Below, piece after piece: positions 22,370 through 33,717 of a DNA stretch of 64,000 nt. Origin of the DNA: Candidatus Sulfomarinibacteraceae bacterium (GTDB taxonomy: Bacteria > Acidobacteriota > Thermoanaerobaculia > Thermoanaerobaculales > Sulfomarinibacteraceae); assembly GCA_963769215.1 (NCBI GenBank), contig CAVYKX010000019.1:93314-157313 (forward strand). The letters are read 5' to 3'. The notes beneath the pieces are model-generated. The model searched no databases. It was not told where the DNA came from and saw nothing but the letters and a program-made list of their open reading frames with translations. Position 1 is the stretch's first letter. Every line of letters starts with the position of its first letter. Both the position numbers and the translations under genes were made by a program.

Positions 22370-24430
22370 ATGACTCATCGAACAATCGTCGTTTGTTGCG
22401 TGCTGCTGTTGGCCGCGGGTGCGGTCACCGCAGAAAAACACCCTTTCAACGTCCACGACCTGGTGGCGATGCAGAGAATCGGCGATCCGCAGCCGTCTCC
22501 CGATGGGAGCCGCGTTGCCTTTGTCGTCACGACCATGGATCTCGAGGCCAACAAGGGCCGCAGGGATATCTGGATGGCGGCGACCGATGGGTCGAAGGTC
22601 CACCGTGTCACGACCGATATCGCAAATGACTGGAGCCCGCGTTGGGGGGATGACGAGACGCTCTACTTCCTCTCGTCGCGCTCGGGTTCGGCGCAGGTGT
22701 GGCGCTGGGACTTCTCGGCAAATGTTGCTGCTCAGGTCACCGATCTGCCGCTCGGAATCGACGTCTTCAAAACCGGTCCGGACGGCGGGGCGCTCTACGC
22801 CGGTCTCGCCGTCTTCCCGGATTGTGAGGATTCCATCCCGTGCACCGAGAAGCGGCTCGCGGAGAAGGCCGCTGAGAAGACCTCCGGAATGATCTTCGAC
22901 AAGGTCTTCGTTCGCCACTGGGACACGTGGAAGGACGGGCGCCGCAACCACGTCTTCCGCATCCCCATCGCCAACGGTTCTGCCGGCGCTCCGGTGGATC
23001 TGATGGCGGGAGTGGATGGCGATTGCCCGACCATCCCGTGGGGAGGTGACGGCGACTTCGACGTGTCCCCTGATGACAAATGGCTGGTCTACACAGCCAA
23101 GGTTGTCGAGGGTTCGGAGGAAGTGTGGTCAACCGACTGGGATCTGTGGGCGGTGCCCACCGACGGGTCGAAGGCGGCCAAGTGCCTGACCGAGGAAAAC
23201 AAAGCCTGGGACGCCGCGCCGGCGTTTTCGCCGGACGGCTCGACCCTCGCCTATCTGGCGATGGTGCGTCCCGGTTACGAAGCGGACAGGTATCGTGTGA
23301 TGCTGATGGATTGGGCCGATGGTTCAACCAGAAATCTGACCGAAAAGTGGGATCGCTCACCGGGCTCGGTGGTATGGGCGCCCGACGGGTCGGCTCTCTA
23401 CGGGTCGGCCAACAACGTCGGCCACCACTCGATCTTCCGCATCGATCCGGCCAATGGAGCGGTGTCGGCGATCCTCACTCCGCACACCAACTCGAGCCCG
23501 AGTCCGCTGGCCGATGGCCGCGTGGTCTTTTCCCGCGACAGCCTGGTGTCCCCGGCCGAGCTCTATGTCCTCCCGGCGGGAGGTGGTGAACCGGCGCAGA
23601 TCACCCACCTCAACGACGAGCGTTTGGCGGGAATCGAGTTTGGCGAGTACAAACAGTTTTCCTTCACCGGCGCGAACCACGATGAAGTCTTCGGTTACCT
23701 CCTCTACCCGGCGAACAGGGACCTGGAGAAAAAGTACCCGCTGGCCTTCATCATCCACGGTGGTCCGCAGGGCAGCTCCGACGACCACTGGCACTATCGT
23801 TGGAACCCGCAGATCTACGCCGCACACGGCTACGCCACGGTGATGATCGATTTCCACGGATCGACGGGCTACGGCCAGGATTTCACCGATGCCATCAGGA
23901 ATGACTGGGGTGGCGCGCCCTACGAGGATCTGATGAAGGGGCTGGACCACGTTCTCCGCACGCATCTGTGGATCGACTCCGAACGCATGGCGGCGGCGGG
24001 CGCCAGCTACGGCGGCTACATGATCAACTGGATTCAGGGCCAGACCGACCGCTTCAAGGCCCTGGTGTGCCACGACGGCAACCTCGACGAATTCATGGCC
24101 TACTTCGATACCGAAGAATTGTGGTTCCCGGAGTGGGAGCACGGCGGCACCCCGTGGGAGAACCCCGAGGGCTACCGCAAGCACTCACCGTCGGCCTTCC
24201 TCAAGAACTGGAAGACTCCGGAGCTGGTCATCCACGGCGCGCTCGACTACCGGGTCGTGGACACCCAGGGTCTGGGGACATTCAACGCCCTGCAGCGATT
24301 GGGCGTGCCCTCGCGCCTGCTCTACTACCCGGACGAGAACCACTGGGTCCTCAAACCGCTCAACTCCATCCAGTGGCATGAGGTCGTCCTCGACTGGATG
24401 GACACGTGGACCGCTGCTGAAGAGGAGTAG
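22370..24430 (+). CDS. S9 family serine peptidase (prolyl oligopeptidase / acylaminoacyl-peptidase-like) with N-terminal beta-propeller
   Basis: GGAGG RBS then ATG at 22370. Signal peptide MTHRTIVVCCVLLLAAGAVTA, WD40-like/TolB-like repeats (SPDGSRVAF, SPDGSTLAY, APDGSALY) and the nucleophile motif GASYGGY. Frame is intact. Confidence 0.85.
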   Translation: MTHRTIVVCCVLLLAAGAVTAEKHPFNVHDLVAMQRIGDPQPSPDGSRVAFVVTTMDLEANKGRRDIWMAATDGSKVHRVTTDIANDWSPRWGDDETLYFLSSRSGSAQVWRWDFSANVAAQVTDLPLGIDVFKTGPDGGALYAGLAVFPDCEDSIPCTEKRLAEKAAEKTSGMIFDKVFVRHWDTWKDGRRNHVFRIPIANGSAGAPVDLMAGVDGDCPTIPWGGDGDFDVSPDDKWLVYTAKVVEGSEEVWSTDWDLWAVPTDGSKAAKCLTEENKAWDAAPAFSPDGSTLAYLAMVRPGYEADRYRVMLMDWADGSTRNLTEKWDRSPGSVVWAPDGSALYGSANNVGHHSIFRIDPANGAVSAILTPHTNSSPSPLADGRVVFSRDSLVSPAELYVLPAGGGEPAQITHLNDERLAGIEFGEYKQFSFTGANHDEVFGYLLYPANRDLEKKYPLAFIIHGGPQGSSDDHWHYRWNPQIYAAHGYATVMIDFHGSTGYGQDFTDAIRNDWGGAPYEDLMKGLDHVLRTHLWIDSERMAAAGASYGGYMINWIQGQTDRFKALVCHDGNLDEFMAYFDTEELWFPEWEHGGTPWENPEGYRKHSPSAFLKNWKTPELVIHGALDYRVVDTQGLGTFNALQRLGVPSRLLYYPDENHWVLKPLNSIQWHEVVLDWMDTWTAAEEE

Positions 24431-24454
24431 CGACTTAGGGCGAACGAGCCAACA

Positions 24455-24558
24455 AATTTTGAATTTTCAATTCTGAATTTTGAATTCCCAACCACCCCTC
24501 CCGGGAAATGGGGCGGATGGGCGGGAATTCAAAATTCAGAATTCAAAATTGAAAATTC
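24455..24558. repeat. Hairpin repeat E9: (GAATTTT/CAATTCT)n - CCCAACCACCCCTCCC - GGGAAAT - GGGGCGGATGGGCGGG - (AATTCAAA/AATTCAGA)n
   Basis: Read directly. Starts 25 nt after the S9 peptidase stop. Confidence 0.8.
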
Positions 24559-24631
24559 ATCGTCATTGGTCCCGATCCGGGTCTGACAATTGCTGATATC
24601 ATTAAATGGTTCGAATCTGGAGGTTCTTCAG

Positions 24632-25195
24632 GTGATCATCACCTGCCCGCAATGCGATACCAAGTACCGGTATGACGAGGCTCGCTTCGGTGGGGCGGAT
24701 GTCAAGACGGTCAAGTGCACGAGCTGCCACCACTCTTTTGATGTCCGCAACCCCCTCGACGAGCCGTCAAGCGCGACATCGATCGGCAAGATGTTCACCG
24801 ATACGCCGTCGGAGGTCCGGCCGGCCGTTCAGGACACGGAGCCCGAACCCGCCGAGCTTCCGGAGCTCCCTCCGCTGCCGAAGGACCAGCGCTTCTCGCT
24901 GGCCGTGATCGCCGGCTCCCAGGCGGGAAGCGTCTTTCCCATCACCAAACCTCGCATCTATCTCGGCCGAGGTTCGGTCATGGACGTCCAGGTCAAGGAC
25001 TCGGAGGTTTCGCGGAAGCACGCCATGATCGAGGTCCGCGCCAACAAGGTGATGCTGATCGATCTCGGCGCCACGAATGGCACCTGGGTCAGTGGCGAAC
25101 GCGCCGACGAGGCGGAGATCGCCAATCAGGGCGAGTTCACCCTCGGGTCGACGACGCTCATGCTCATCATCACCGGAGGTCCGGCGGCCGGGTAG
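24632..25195 (+). CDS. FHA-domain protein with N-terminal MJ0042-type zinc ribbon
   Basis: GGAGG then GTG at 24632. The zinc ribbon is ITCPQCDTKYRY...VKCTSCHHSF and the FHA segment is IYLGRGSVMDVQVKDSEVSRKHAMIEVRANKVMLIDLGATNGTWVSG. Confidence 0.8.
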   Translation: MIITCPQCDTKYRYDEARFGGADVKTVKCTSCHHSFDVRNPLDEPSSATSIGKMFTDTPSEVRPAVQDTEPEPAELPELPPLPKDQRFSLAVIAGSQAGSVFPITKPRIYLGRGSVMDVQVKDSEVSRKHAMIEVRANKVMLIDLGATNGTWVSGERADEAEIANQGEFTLGSTTLMLIITGGPAAG

Positions 25196-25355
25196 GCATT
25201 CAAGGCTGCCAATTTGACCTGTAACGAGCGACCGGATTCCTGTATCTTCGGGCTTGAAATTGGATCGCATTTTGCTTAGCCTTTGCGATTGACAGCGGCC
25301 GTGTGACGCGAGGCGCCATTTCGCCCGCCGCGGCAGTTCCAGGGAGGCGTTCTCG

Positions 25356-26321
25356 ATGATCGAAGTTGAAAACCTCGGTAAGACCTATGTGCAGACGCCG
25401 GTGGTCCAGGACCTGAGCTTCTTTGTCCCTGAAGGACAGGTGCTCGGTTTCCTCGGTCCCAACGGCGCCGGCAAGACCACGGTGATGCGCATGCTCACCG
25501 CCTTCCTGCCGCCGACCACCGGCCGGGTTGTGGTGGCGGGAGTCGATCTCGACAAGGATCCGGTGGATCTCCGGCGAAACGTCGGCTACCTTCCGGAGAA
25601 CGTACCGCTCTACCCCGAGATGCGGGTCGACGAGTACCTTCGTTTTCGAGCCGACGTGGAAGAGGTGCCGCGCGGTGAAGTCCGTAGTCGCGTCGACGAG
25701 GTCGTCGGCCGCTGCCTCATCGGCGATGTGCGCCGGCAGGTGATCGGCACCTTGTCGAAAGGCTACCGGCAGAGGGTGGGTCTTGCCGGAGCGCTGATCC
25801 ACCACCCGGCGGTGCTGATCCTCGATGAGCCCACCGTCGGGCTCGATCCCAACCAGATCATCAAGGTGCGGGAGCTCATCACCGAGCTCGGCCAGGAACA
25901 CACAGTGCTCTTGTCCACCCACATCCTGCCCGAGGTCGAGCAGGTCTGCGAACGCGTTTTCATCATCGATCGCGGCCGGATCGTCGCCGATGGCACCCCC
26001 GACGCGCTGCGCGCCAAGCTGGTCGGCAACCCGACGCTGATGGTCGAGTTCAAGGGCGCGGACGAATCCGCAGCTGGCGCGCTTCTGGCGCTGCCGGGCG
26101 TGGTGGACGCCAGCGGGCGGGAGGACGGCCGGTTCCTGGTCGAGTACGGGGCCGGGGCCGATCCCCGGGAGGCGGTCTTCAACCTCGCGGTGGAGAAGGG
26201 CTGGGCGCTGCTGGCTCTGACCCCGCACCAGGCGACGCTGGAAGACGTGTTCGTGCGGCTGACGACCCGCGAAGAGGCTGTGCTGGAATCCATTCCGGCC
26301 GGGGAGGTGGCCGATGCGTAA
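25356..26321 (+). CDS. ABC transporter ATP-binding protein (GldA-like)
   Basis: Intact 321-aa ORF with Walker A GPNGAGKTT, signature LSKGYRQRV and Walker B LILDEP. Confidence 0.85.
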   Translation: MIEVENLGKTYVQTPVVQDLSFFVPEGQVLGFLGPNGAGKTTVMRMLTAFLPPTTGRVVVAGVDLDKDPVDLRRNVGYLPENVPLYPEMRVDEYLRFRADVEEVPRGEVRSRVDEVVGRCLIGDVRRQVIGTLSKGYRQRVGLAGALIHHPAVLILDEPTVGLDPNQIIKVRELITELGQEHTVLLSTHILPEVEQVCERVFIIDRGRIVADGTPDALRAKLVGNPTLMVEFKGADESAAGALLALPGVVDASGREDGRFLVEYGAGADPREAVFNLAVEKGWALLALTPHQATLEDVFVRLTTREEAVLESIPAGEVADA

Positions 26322-27057
26322 GACCTGGGCGGTGGTGCGGCGCGAGCTGATTGCCTATTTTTCGTCGCCGCTGGCATATGTGGTGATGACTGGTTTCCTG
26401 CTCATTCAGGGATTCGTCTTCGAACGGATCGTCTCCATCCTCAACAACCCTCAGGTACCGGCGATGACGCCGTTGCGGGCCTTCTTTGGCGGGACGTTCT
26501 TCTTCTGGCTCATCCTGCTCTTCATCATCCCGATGATCACGATGCGTCTGATCGCCGAAGAACGGCGTTCGGGAACGATCGAAATGCTGATGACCTCTCC
26601 GGTCACCGAGGCTCAGGTCGTTGTCGCCAAGTTCAGTGCGGCACTGATTTTCTACATTGCGCTCTGGCTGCCGACGGTGGTCTATGTCGTGTTGCTCGGA
26701 CGGCACTCGGAGATCGACATGGGTCCGATCGCGGCGAGCTATCTCGGTGTCGTGCTGATCGGCTTTTTCTTCCTGGCGATCGGGACCTTCGTCTCGACGC
26801 TGACCAACAACCAGTTGATCGCCGCCGTCATCACCTTTGCGGTGATTCTCTTCCTGTTTTCGATGGCACTTGTCGAGCAAACCGTGATTTCATCCTCGTT
26901 CCTCAAACCGGTGCTTGCCCGGATGAACCTCTGGACCCAGATGGACGACTTCGCCAAGGGCATCGTCGATACCCGGCACGTCATCTACCAGCTTTCGGTT
27001 GGGGTGCTCTTCCTGTTCCTCGCCGCCAAGAGCCTCGAAGTGAAGAAGTGGAGGTGA
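26314..27057 (+). CDS. ABC-2 family transporter permease (GldF-like)
   Basis: Intact 247-aa polytopic ORF. It overlaps the ATPase stop by 8 nt. Confidence 0.75.
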   Translation: MRKTWAVVRRELIAYFSSPLAYVVMTGFLLIQGFVFERIVSILNNPQVPAMTPLRAFFGGTFFFWLILLFIIPMITMRLIAEERRSGTIEMLMTSPVTEAQVVVAKFSAALIFYIALWLPTVVYVVLLGRHSEIDMGPIAASYLGVVLIGFFFLAIGTFVSTLTNNQLIAAVITFAVILFLFSMALVEQTVISSSFLKPVLARMNLWTQMDDFAKGIVDTRHVIYQLSVGVLFLFLAAKSLEVKKWR

Positions 27058-27061
27058 AGGC

Positions 27062-28512
27062 ATGAGACAGCAAGCCCTTCGCTACACGATCTCCGGTCTG
27101 ACCGCGGTGGTCCTCGTGATCGCGCTGACGGTGATGGTGAACTGGCTCTCGGCCCGCCGGTGGGTGCGCGCCGATTGGACCACCACCCAGATCTACACCC
27201 TGTCCGAGAAGTCCGAGAATTTGCTGGCCGACCTTTCCGACGAGGTCAACGTCGTGGTCTTCATGACGCCTGCGACCTCGCTCTTCGACCAGGCCAGCGA
27301 GCTACTCGAGCGCTACCAGGCCGCGTCGGACAAGATCACGGTGGAGTTCATCGATCCCGAAAAGGAACCGCTCAGGACCCGCCAATTGGCGGAGCAGTTT
27401 GGAGTCCAGGTCGCCGATACGGTGGTCTTTGCTTACGGCGATCGTACGAAGTACGTGACCTCCGACCAGATGGCCGACATGGACTACTCGGGCATGCAGT
27501 ACGGGCAGGCGCCGACCATGCGCGCATTCAAGGGCGAGGAGCAATTCACGTCGGCGATCCTGTCGCTGGTCGCGCCCGATGTGCCGAAAGTCTACTTCGT
27601 CACCGGCCACGGTGAAGCCGCTCTCGCCGGCACCGGCGACCGCAGCCTCCGGGTTCTCGAGGAAACGCTCAAGCGCGACAACATGGAGACCGCTGACACC
27701 ACCTTGTTCTCGGGTGAGGTTCCACCGGATGCCGACGTCCTGGCGATCGTCGGTCCAACGATGGGATATACGGAGGTGGAAATTGACGCCCTGAACACCT
27801 TTGTCGAAGGCGGTGGCCGGCTGTTGGTGGCGCTGGATCCGCTGCTGTCGGCGGGTGGATCCATGAATCAGACCAATCTCGAGGCGTTCCTTGCGGATCG
27901 CGGCGTCACGGTGCACGACGATCTCGTCCTGGACCCCTCGCGCAAGCTTCCCTTCTACGACCTGTCGGCGGTGTATCTCGAGGACTTCCCGGCGCACTCC
28001 GTGACCGAAGGGCTCGAAGGATTTGCCGTGTTGTTCACCCTGGCGCGGTCGTTGTCGGCTGATGGTGAGGGTGCAACGGTGCTGGTGCGGACCTCCGACG
28101 AGGGGTGGGGTGAAACCAACCTCGGAATGCTGCTGCGCGGAGAGCCGGTGGCCGCAGATGAAGCGGACAACCCCGGGCCGGCGGCGGTCGGTGTGGCCGT
28201 GGAAGGACAAGCCGAAGCGACCGGAGCCGAGGATGCCGAGCCGATCGATTACCGCTCGTGGTCTTCGGCGATTCCGAGTTCCTGACCGACCTCGACATCG
28301 CCAACGCCGGCAACTCGATCCTCGGCACCAACGCCTTCAACTGGTTGGCGGCCCAGGATGATCTGGTTGGAATTCCACCGCGCGATGTGGAGCAGGTGAG
28401 CCTCTATCTGAACCAGCAGCAGATTCGCTTTCTCCAGCTGATCGTGCTCGTGCTCCTGCCCGGCGCCGCGATTGTCAGCGGGATCTTCGTGTGGCGGAGA
28501 CGGAGACACTGA
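27062..28512 (+). CDS. GldG-like ABC-transporter auxiliary component; frame break near 28250
   Basis: N-terminal TM segment, then KVYFVTGHGE and DVLAIVGP motifs typical of the GldG family (ORF 27062..28285). The C-terminus with a second TM segment (FLQLIVLVLLPGAAIVSGIFVW) is in ORF 28258..28512. Confidence 0.7.
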
Positions 28513-28518
28513 CAATGC

Positions 28519-28635
<117 letters not shown>

Positions 28636-28647
28636 ACCGTGAGGTAG

Positions 28648-30024
28648 ATGGCTATGAAATCAAAGAACCTCATCATCCTCGCCGTGGTCGTGGCGCTGTT
28701 CGCCGCCTACATGCTGTTGTTCGAACGTCACCAGTTGACGTCTGACGAGGCGGCAAACGAAGCCGAGAAGATCCTCCAGGGATTCGAGCGGGACGACGTG
28801 GTTGGGATCGTCGTCGAGAGCGATGCCGGTCGGGTGCGCCTCGAAAAGGTCGAAGAGGATTGGCGGTTGCGGGAGCCCCTCGACTTTCCCGCGGACAGCA
28901 CGGCGGTGGATTCCGCCCTGGTTGCCCTCGCGGGTTTGACGGCCGACCGCCGGCTCGACGCCGGTGAGATCGAACTCGCCGAGTACGGCCTCGATGATCC
29001 GCCGGCTAAGGTGACTCTGCAGATGGAGGACGGCTCGGAGATCGTCCTCGCGATCGGTGACGAGATGCCGCTCGGGGCCAAGCGCCCCGTCCGGCTCGGG
29101 GACGCGGGCGAGATCGTGGTGGCGCAGGGATATTTCATGCTCGATATCGAGCTCGAGCTCGACGACTGGCGCTCGCGCGAAGTGGTGGATCTGGCGGAAG
29201 ATCAGATTGCGTCGATCGACATCGACACCGACACCGACCATATTCGCGCCGTGCGGCTCGATGACGACTGGCGGCTCGTGAGCCCGCTCGAGGACACCGC
29301 AGATGGCGAGCACCTGCGCAACCTGGTGACGGATCTCGGAGCACTGAGGATTCAAGAATTCCTCGAACCGGGGGTCGATCCCGGCGACCTCGGCCTGGTT
29401 GCGCCGGAATACGAAATCATGGTGGTCCGGTCCGACGGCGGTGAAGCCTTCCGACTCGATCTCGGGGCCACACGGGAGGGCGAGACCGGGACCGAGGTGG
29501 CGTGCCGCCGGGGCGACGGCGAGTACTTCTGGGCGCTTGATCGGGTGCGGATCAGGCTTTCCAAGGCGCCGGTCCTGTGGCGGGCGAAGAAGGTCATGCC
29601 CTTCGAGACCTGGAATGCAGAAAAGTTCCGACTCGTCCGCGGTGAGGAATCAGCGGAACTCGAACAGACCGACGGGGTGTGGCATTTTGTTGATGAAGGC
29701 GGCGAGGCTGACCTCACCGAGGTCCAGCAGCGGCTCCGTAAGCTCTCCGACCTCGAAGCCACCGACTACGATCTGATGGCGCCGATGACCTCCGAGCTGG
29801 GCCGTGCCGAAGTCGTGCTCGAAGCGGCCGACGGAGAATCCGAACCGGAGACTCTGAGCTTCACATTCTATGCACCGCTCGAAGCTGGCGGCCGGGCGAT
29901 GGTCCGTGCGGCCGGGCGCGAGACGATCATGGGCGTCGATGCCGCGAAAGTGGATGAGATTTTTGCCGATATCGATGCGCTGCGGCCGGATCCGGTAGAG
30001 GAATTGACCGAAGACTCCCAGTAG
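28648..30024 (+). CDS. DUF4340-like protein (N-terminal TM anchor), usual partner of GldG-type systems
   Basis: Intact 458-aa ORF with repeated modules of the form E.DWRL..P...AD...V. Synteny after the ABC/GldG-like genes supports the call. Confidence 0.6.
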   Translation: MAMKSKNLIILAVVVALFAAYMLLFERHQLTSDEAANEAEKILQGFERDDVVGIVVESDAGRVRLEKVEEDWRLREPLDFPADSTAVDSALVALAGLTADRRLDAGEIELAEYGLDDPPAKVTLQMEDGSEIVLAIGDEMPLGAKRPVRLGDAGEIVVAQGYFMLDIELELDDWRSREVVDLAEDQIASIDIDTDTDHIRAVRLDDDWRLVSPLEDTADGEHLRNLVTDLGALRIQEFLEPGVDPGDLGLVAPEYEIMVVRSDGGEAFRLDLGATREGETGTEVACRRGDGEYFWALDRVRIRLSKAPVLWRAKKVMPFETWNAEKFRLVRGEESAELEQTDGVWHFVDEGGEADLTEVQQRLRKLSDLEATDYDLMAPMTSELGRAEVVLEAADGESEPETLSFTFYAPLEAGGRAMVRAAGRETIMGVDAAKVDEIFADIDALRPDPVEELTEDSQ

Positions 30025-30041
30025 CGGCTACAATCAATTCG

Positions 30042-32333
30042 ATGGCTGAATGGCGTCAGCAATTCGACGATCTTCGGCAGCGTCGGCCTGATCTCGCAGA
30101 CCGCGTGTGCCGCCGGCTGCTGATGGACCTTCAGCGCAAGGGCTTGGTGGACCTCGACGCGCTCGACGAATTGGCCGAAGCCCTCAAGCTTGGCGGGGCG
30201 AGGCCCAAGTACGACCCCAACCGTCCCAAACCCCAGCAGAGCAGCCAATCGCGAAAGCAGCTCTACGATCTCGCCCTCGAGTACGCCGAGCGCCACATGA
30301 AACCGGAGAAGATCTCCGCGACCATTCTCCTGGTCGAAAAGAGAATGCTGGCGCACGACAGCGCTCGTCTCGCCGAGGACCTCGATACCCCGTTGCCGGA
30401 GCTGCGCCAGAAGATCCACGATTTTCTCGATTTCGCTCCGGGGCAGGTGGTGGCGCCGCGCGAGGATCTCATCGGCACCCGGGCCGCCCTGGTCCGGCGG
30501 CTGCTGACCGACCAGCTCGATTTCATCTCTGTCGCCAAACGCTTCATTCGGGTTCGCGAGTTCGCCGAGGTGCTCGACCACATCATCCCCACCGACGGCG
30601 GCCACGGCCGTCTCGGAGGCAAGGCCGCCGGTCTGATCCTGGCTCACGCCATCCTCTTCAAGGCCAAGCGGAGAGGACGGTTCGAGGGCGAGTACAAGGT
30701 CCCGACATCGTACTTTCTGCCCTCCAACGGCATCCTCGAGTTCATCGAGTACAACGGCCTCGAAGAGCTGATCAACGTCAAGTACAAGACCCCGGAAGAG
30801 GTGCGCGACGAGTACCCGTTGGTGGAAAGGCTCTTCAAGTCGTCGGAGTTTTCGCCGACGGTCCACAAAGGCCTCGGCGAGATGCTCTACCAGCTCGGCG
30901 AGGTGCCGTTGGTGGTGCGGTCGTCGAGCCTGCTCGAAGACCGGATCGGCCACGCGTTCTCGGGCAAGTACAAGAGCCTGTTCATCCCCAATCGCGGGCC
31001 CCTCGAAATGCGGCTTGCGCAGCTCGAGGACGCGGTTGCCGAGGTCTACGCCTCGATCTTCCACCCCGACCCCATCGAGTACCGGCGCGAGCGCGGGCTG
31101 ATCGACTTCCAGGAGCAGATGGGTGTGCTCATCCAGGAGGTGGTGGGGCGCGAGGTGGGCGGCATGCTCTTCCCGGTCTTTGCCGGAGTCGGGTTCTCAC
31201 GCTGTGAGATGCGGTGGTCTCCCCGAATCCGCCACACCGACGGTATGGCGCGCCTGGTGCTCGGTCTCGGGACCCGAGCCGTCGACCGGACTGTCGACGA
31301 CTACCCTGTGCTGGTGGCTCTCGAACAGCCGGCCCTGCGCTCGGTGCAGCAGCCGGACGAGGTCTATCGCTACTCGCAATCAGAGGTCGACGTGGTGGAT
31401 CTCCGCGAGAGCCAGTTCGAGTCGTTGCCTCTGGACGATTTCATGACCCGGGTCGGGCGCAAGATCCCCAATATGAACCGGGTCTTCTCGATTTACCGCG
31501 ACCGGCAGATCCTGCCGATGGTCGGGGTGATGGCGCAGGTCGATCCGCGCGAGTTGGTGGTGACCTTCGACGGACTGCTGCGTTCGGGCTTCCCGCGCCA
31601 GCTCAAGGCGATGCTCGATCTGCTGGAGGAGGGGCTCGGCGAGCCGGTCGACGTCGAGTTCGCACACGATGGGGACGACTTTTACATGCTGCAGTGCCGC
31701 GCACTCAGCCGCGGCGCGATGGCGCAGCGGGCCGAGATCCCGGACGTGGCCGATGACCACAAGGTCTTCTCGGCCGACCGCTATGTACAGATGGGCCAGG
31801 TGCGGGATCTGGAGTACGTCGTCCTGGTCGAACCGCGCGACTACGAGAGCCTCGGAAGCCGTGAGGAAATGCAGCGGGTTGCGCGCGCCGTGGGTGCAGT
31901 CAACAAAAAGCTGCCGGCGAAACGATTCCTCATGATGGGCCCCGGCCGCTGGGGCAGCCGCGGCGACATCAGGCTCGGCGTCCCCGTCACCTACGCGGAT
32001 ATCTCCCGCACCGCGATCCTGGTGGAGATCGCACGCAAGAAGGGCTCATACGTTCCCGACGTGTCCTTCGGCACCCACTTCTTCAACGATCTCGTGGAGT
32101 CCGGCATCCACTACCTTCCGCTCTACCCGGATGACGAAGGCGTGGTGTGGAACGGGGAGTTCCTCGAACAATCCGCCAATTGCCTGGCCGAGATCGTTCC
32201 TGATTTCGCTGACATGGAGAAAGTGGTGCGGGTCATCCGGGTCGCCGACGCCGCCGACGGAAAACTCCTCCAGGTCATCATGGATGCCGAGGACGACAAA
32301 GCGCTGGGCTTCCTTGCGGAACCCCAGCAATAA
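30042..32333 (+). CDS. PEP-utilising enzyme family protein (PEP/pyruvate-binding PPDK_N-type domain)
   Basis: Intact 763-aa ORF with GGKAAGLILAH, VVRSSSLLEDRIGHAFSGKYKSLF and MGVLIQEVV, which are typical of pyruvate,water/phosphate dikinase N-domains. Confidence 0.7.
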   Translation: MAEWRQQFDDLRQRRPDLADRVCRRLLMDLQRKGLVDLDALDELAEALKLGGARPKYDPNRPKPQQSSQSRKQLYDLALEYAERHMKPEKISATILLVEKRMLAHDSARLAEDLDTPLPELRQKIHDFLDFAPGQVVAPREDLIGTRAALVRRLLTDQLDFISVAKRFIRVREFAEVLDHIIPTDGGHGRLGGKAAGLILAHAILFKAKRRGRFEGEYKVPTSYFLPSNGILEFIEYNGLEELINVKYKTPEEVRDEYPLVERLFKSSEFSPTVHKGLGEMLYQLGEVPLVVRSSSLLEDRIGHAFSGKYKSLFIPNRGPLEMRLAQLEDAVAEVYASIFHPDPIEYRRERGLIDFQEQMGVLIQEVVGREVGGMLFPVFAGVGFSRCEMRWSPRIRHTDGMARLVLGLGTRAVDRTVDDYPVLVALEQPALRSVQQPDEVYRYSQSEVDVVDLRESQFESLPLDDFMTRVGRKIPNMNRVFSIYRDRQILPMVGVMAQVDPRELVVTFDGLLRSGFPRQLKAMLDLLEEGLGEPVDVEFAHDGDDFYMLQCRALSRGAMAQRAEIPDVADDHKVFSADRYVQMGQVRDLEYVVLVEPRDYESLGSREEMQRVARAVGAVNKKLPAKRFLMMGPGRWGSRGDIRLGVPVTYADISRTAILVEIARKKGSYVPDVSFGTHFFNDLVESGIHYLPLYPDDEGVVWNGEFLEQSANCLAEIVPDFADMEKVVRVIRVADAADGKLLQVIMDAEDDKALGFLAEPQQ

Positions 32334-32440
32334 TTCTCAATTTTGAATTTTGAATTTTGAATTCCCACCCACCCCCCGCCCACAATCCAGCGCTCTGGGT
32401 GGGTGGGAATTCCGAATTCCGAATTCCGACTGCGAATTCG
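32334..32440. repeat. Hairpin repeat E11: (GAATTTT)n - CCCACCCACCCCCCGCCC - loop - GGGTGGGTGGG - (AATTCCG)n
   Basis: Read directly. Occupies the whole gap between two convergent genes (stops at 32333 and 32445). Its arms use different heptads that still pair apart from periodic U-C and U-G positions. Confidence 0.8.
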
Positions 32441-32444
32441 ATCG

Positions 32445-33717
32445 CTACGCTTCCTTCACCCAGCGTACGATTTCCTTGAACTTCGGCTTCGAGCCGTGCA
32501 TCAGGATCCCGACGCGGTAGACCTTGGCGACGATCCAGGTGCAGGCGAGGATCGCGCCGACCATCAGGACGACCGAAGCGACGAGCTGGATCGCCGGCAC
32601 CTCGGTCAGGGTCATCCGCAGGAACATGAGCATCGGGGTGAAGAACGGAACCAGTGACAGCACCACCGCCAGCGTGCCGTCGGGCTGGTTGAGGATCTGC
32701 ATCATCAACACCAGCGGCACGATCAGAAACATCGTCACCACGCCCTGGAAGTTCTGCGCCTCCTGTTCGGTGTCGAAGGCGGCGCCGATGCCCGCGTACA
32801 GGGTCCCGTACAGCAGGAATCCAAGCACGAAATAGACAACGAAGAAGAACAGCAACTGGGCCGGCACAGCCGGCAACTCGATGCCGCTGATGCCGATCGC
32901 CGCTACCGCTCCCGGCGCGGAGATCACCGCCATCAAGACCGACCAGATCAGAAACTGGGTCAGACCGACCGCGCCGATGCCGAGGATCTTGCCGAGCATC
33001 AGCTCGAAGGGTTTGACCGTCGAGATTATGACCTCGACCACGTGCGAGGCCTTCTCCTCGAGCACCCCGCGCATGACGTAGATGCCGTACATCAATACCG
33101 TCACGTAGATGATCATCATGAAGACGTAGGCGAGGATAAAGCTTTGGCCCTGGTCCTCGGTCTCCTCGCCGCCCTTGCCGAGCTTGAGGGTCGAGAGGCC
33201 GGGCCGCCGGGTCAGCTCGCGCACCTTGTCGGGGTCGAGGCCGGCGCCGGTCAGCCGGTCCGCGACGGTGACGTTGTTGACCGATCGTTCGAGCACCGTG
33301 ATCAGCTTGAAAGCCGAGACGTTGGGCGCCACGTACTCGGGCTGACCCTCATCGGGCAGCGTTCTGGGCAGCACCAGCACGCCGTCGAAGGTCTTGGCCT
33401 GCACCTCCCGCTTGAGGCGCTCGCGGGTGGCCTCGACATCTGCGCCCCGGGTCCTGCTCGAGCAGGGAGATCGTGAGCTTTTCATCGTCGCCGGACAGCA
33501 GGCGCTGAACTTCGTCGTTGACGGGCTCGAAGAAGCGGCCGGTCTCGTCGACCACCGCGATCGTGAACTCGCCGCCACCGCGGGCCGCGAGGTAGGCGGG
33601 CAGGATCATGACCGCACCGAGGAAAAGCGGTACCAGCAGGGTCGAGATCCAGAACGCTTTGGTTCGGACCCGCTCCAGATACTCGCGACGGATGACTGCG
33701 AGGATTCGGTTAAGCAT
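32445..33717 (-). CDS. ABC-2 type transporter permease (NatB-like); frame break near 33455
   Basis: N-terminus MLNRILAVIRREYLERVRTKAFWISTLLVP (ORF 33349..33717). The large periplasmic loop plus 5 C-terminal TM helices are in ORF 32445..33578. Confidence 0.75.

Noticed and set aside
25200-25355. TTGACA hexamer (about 25288) as the promoter of the ABC operon
   Set aside because: There is no acceptable -10 element at 16-19 nt spacing, so it cannot be supported from sequence alone.
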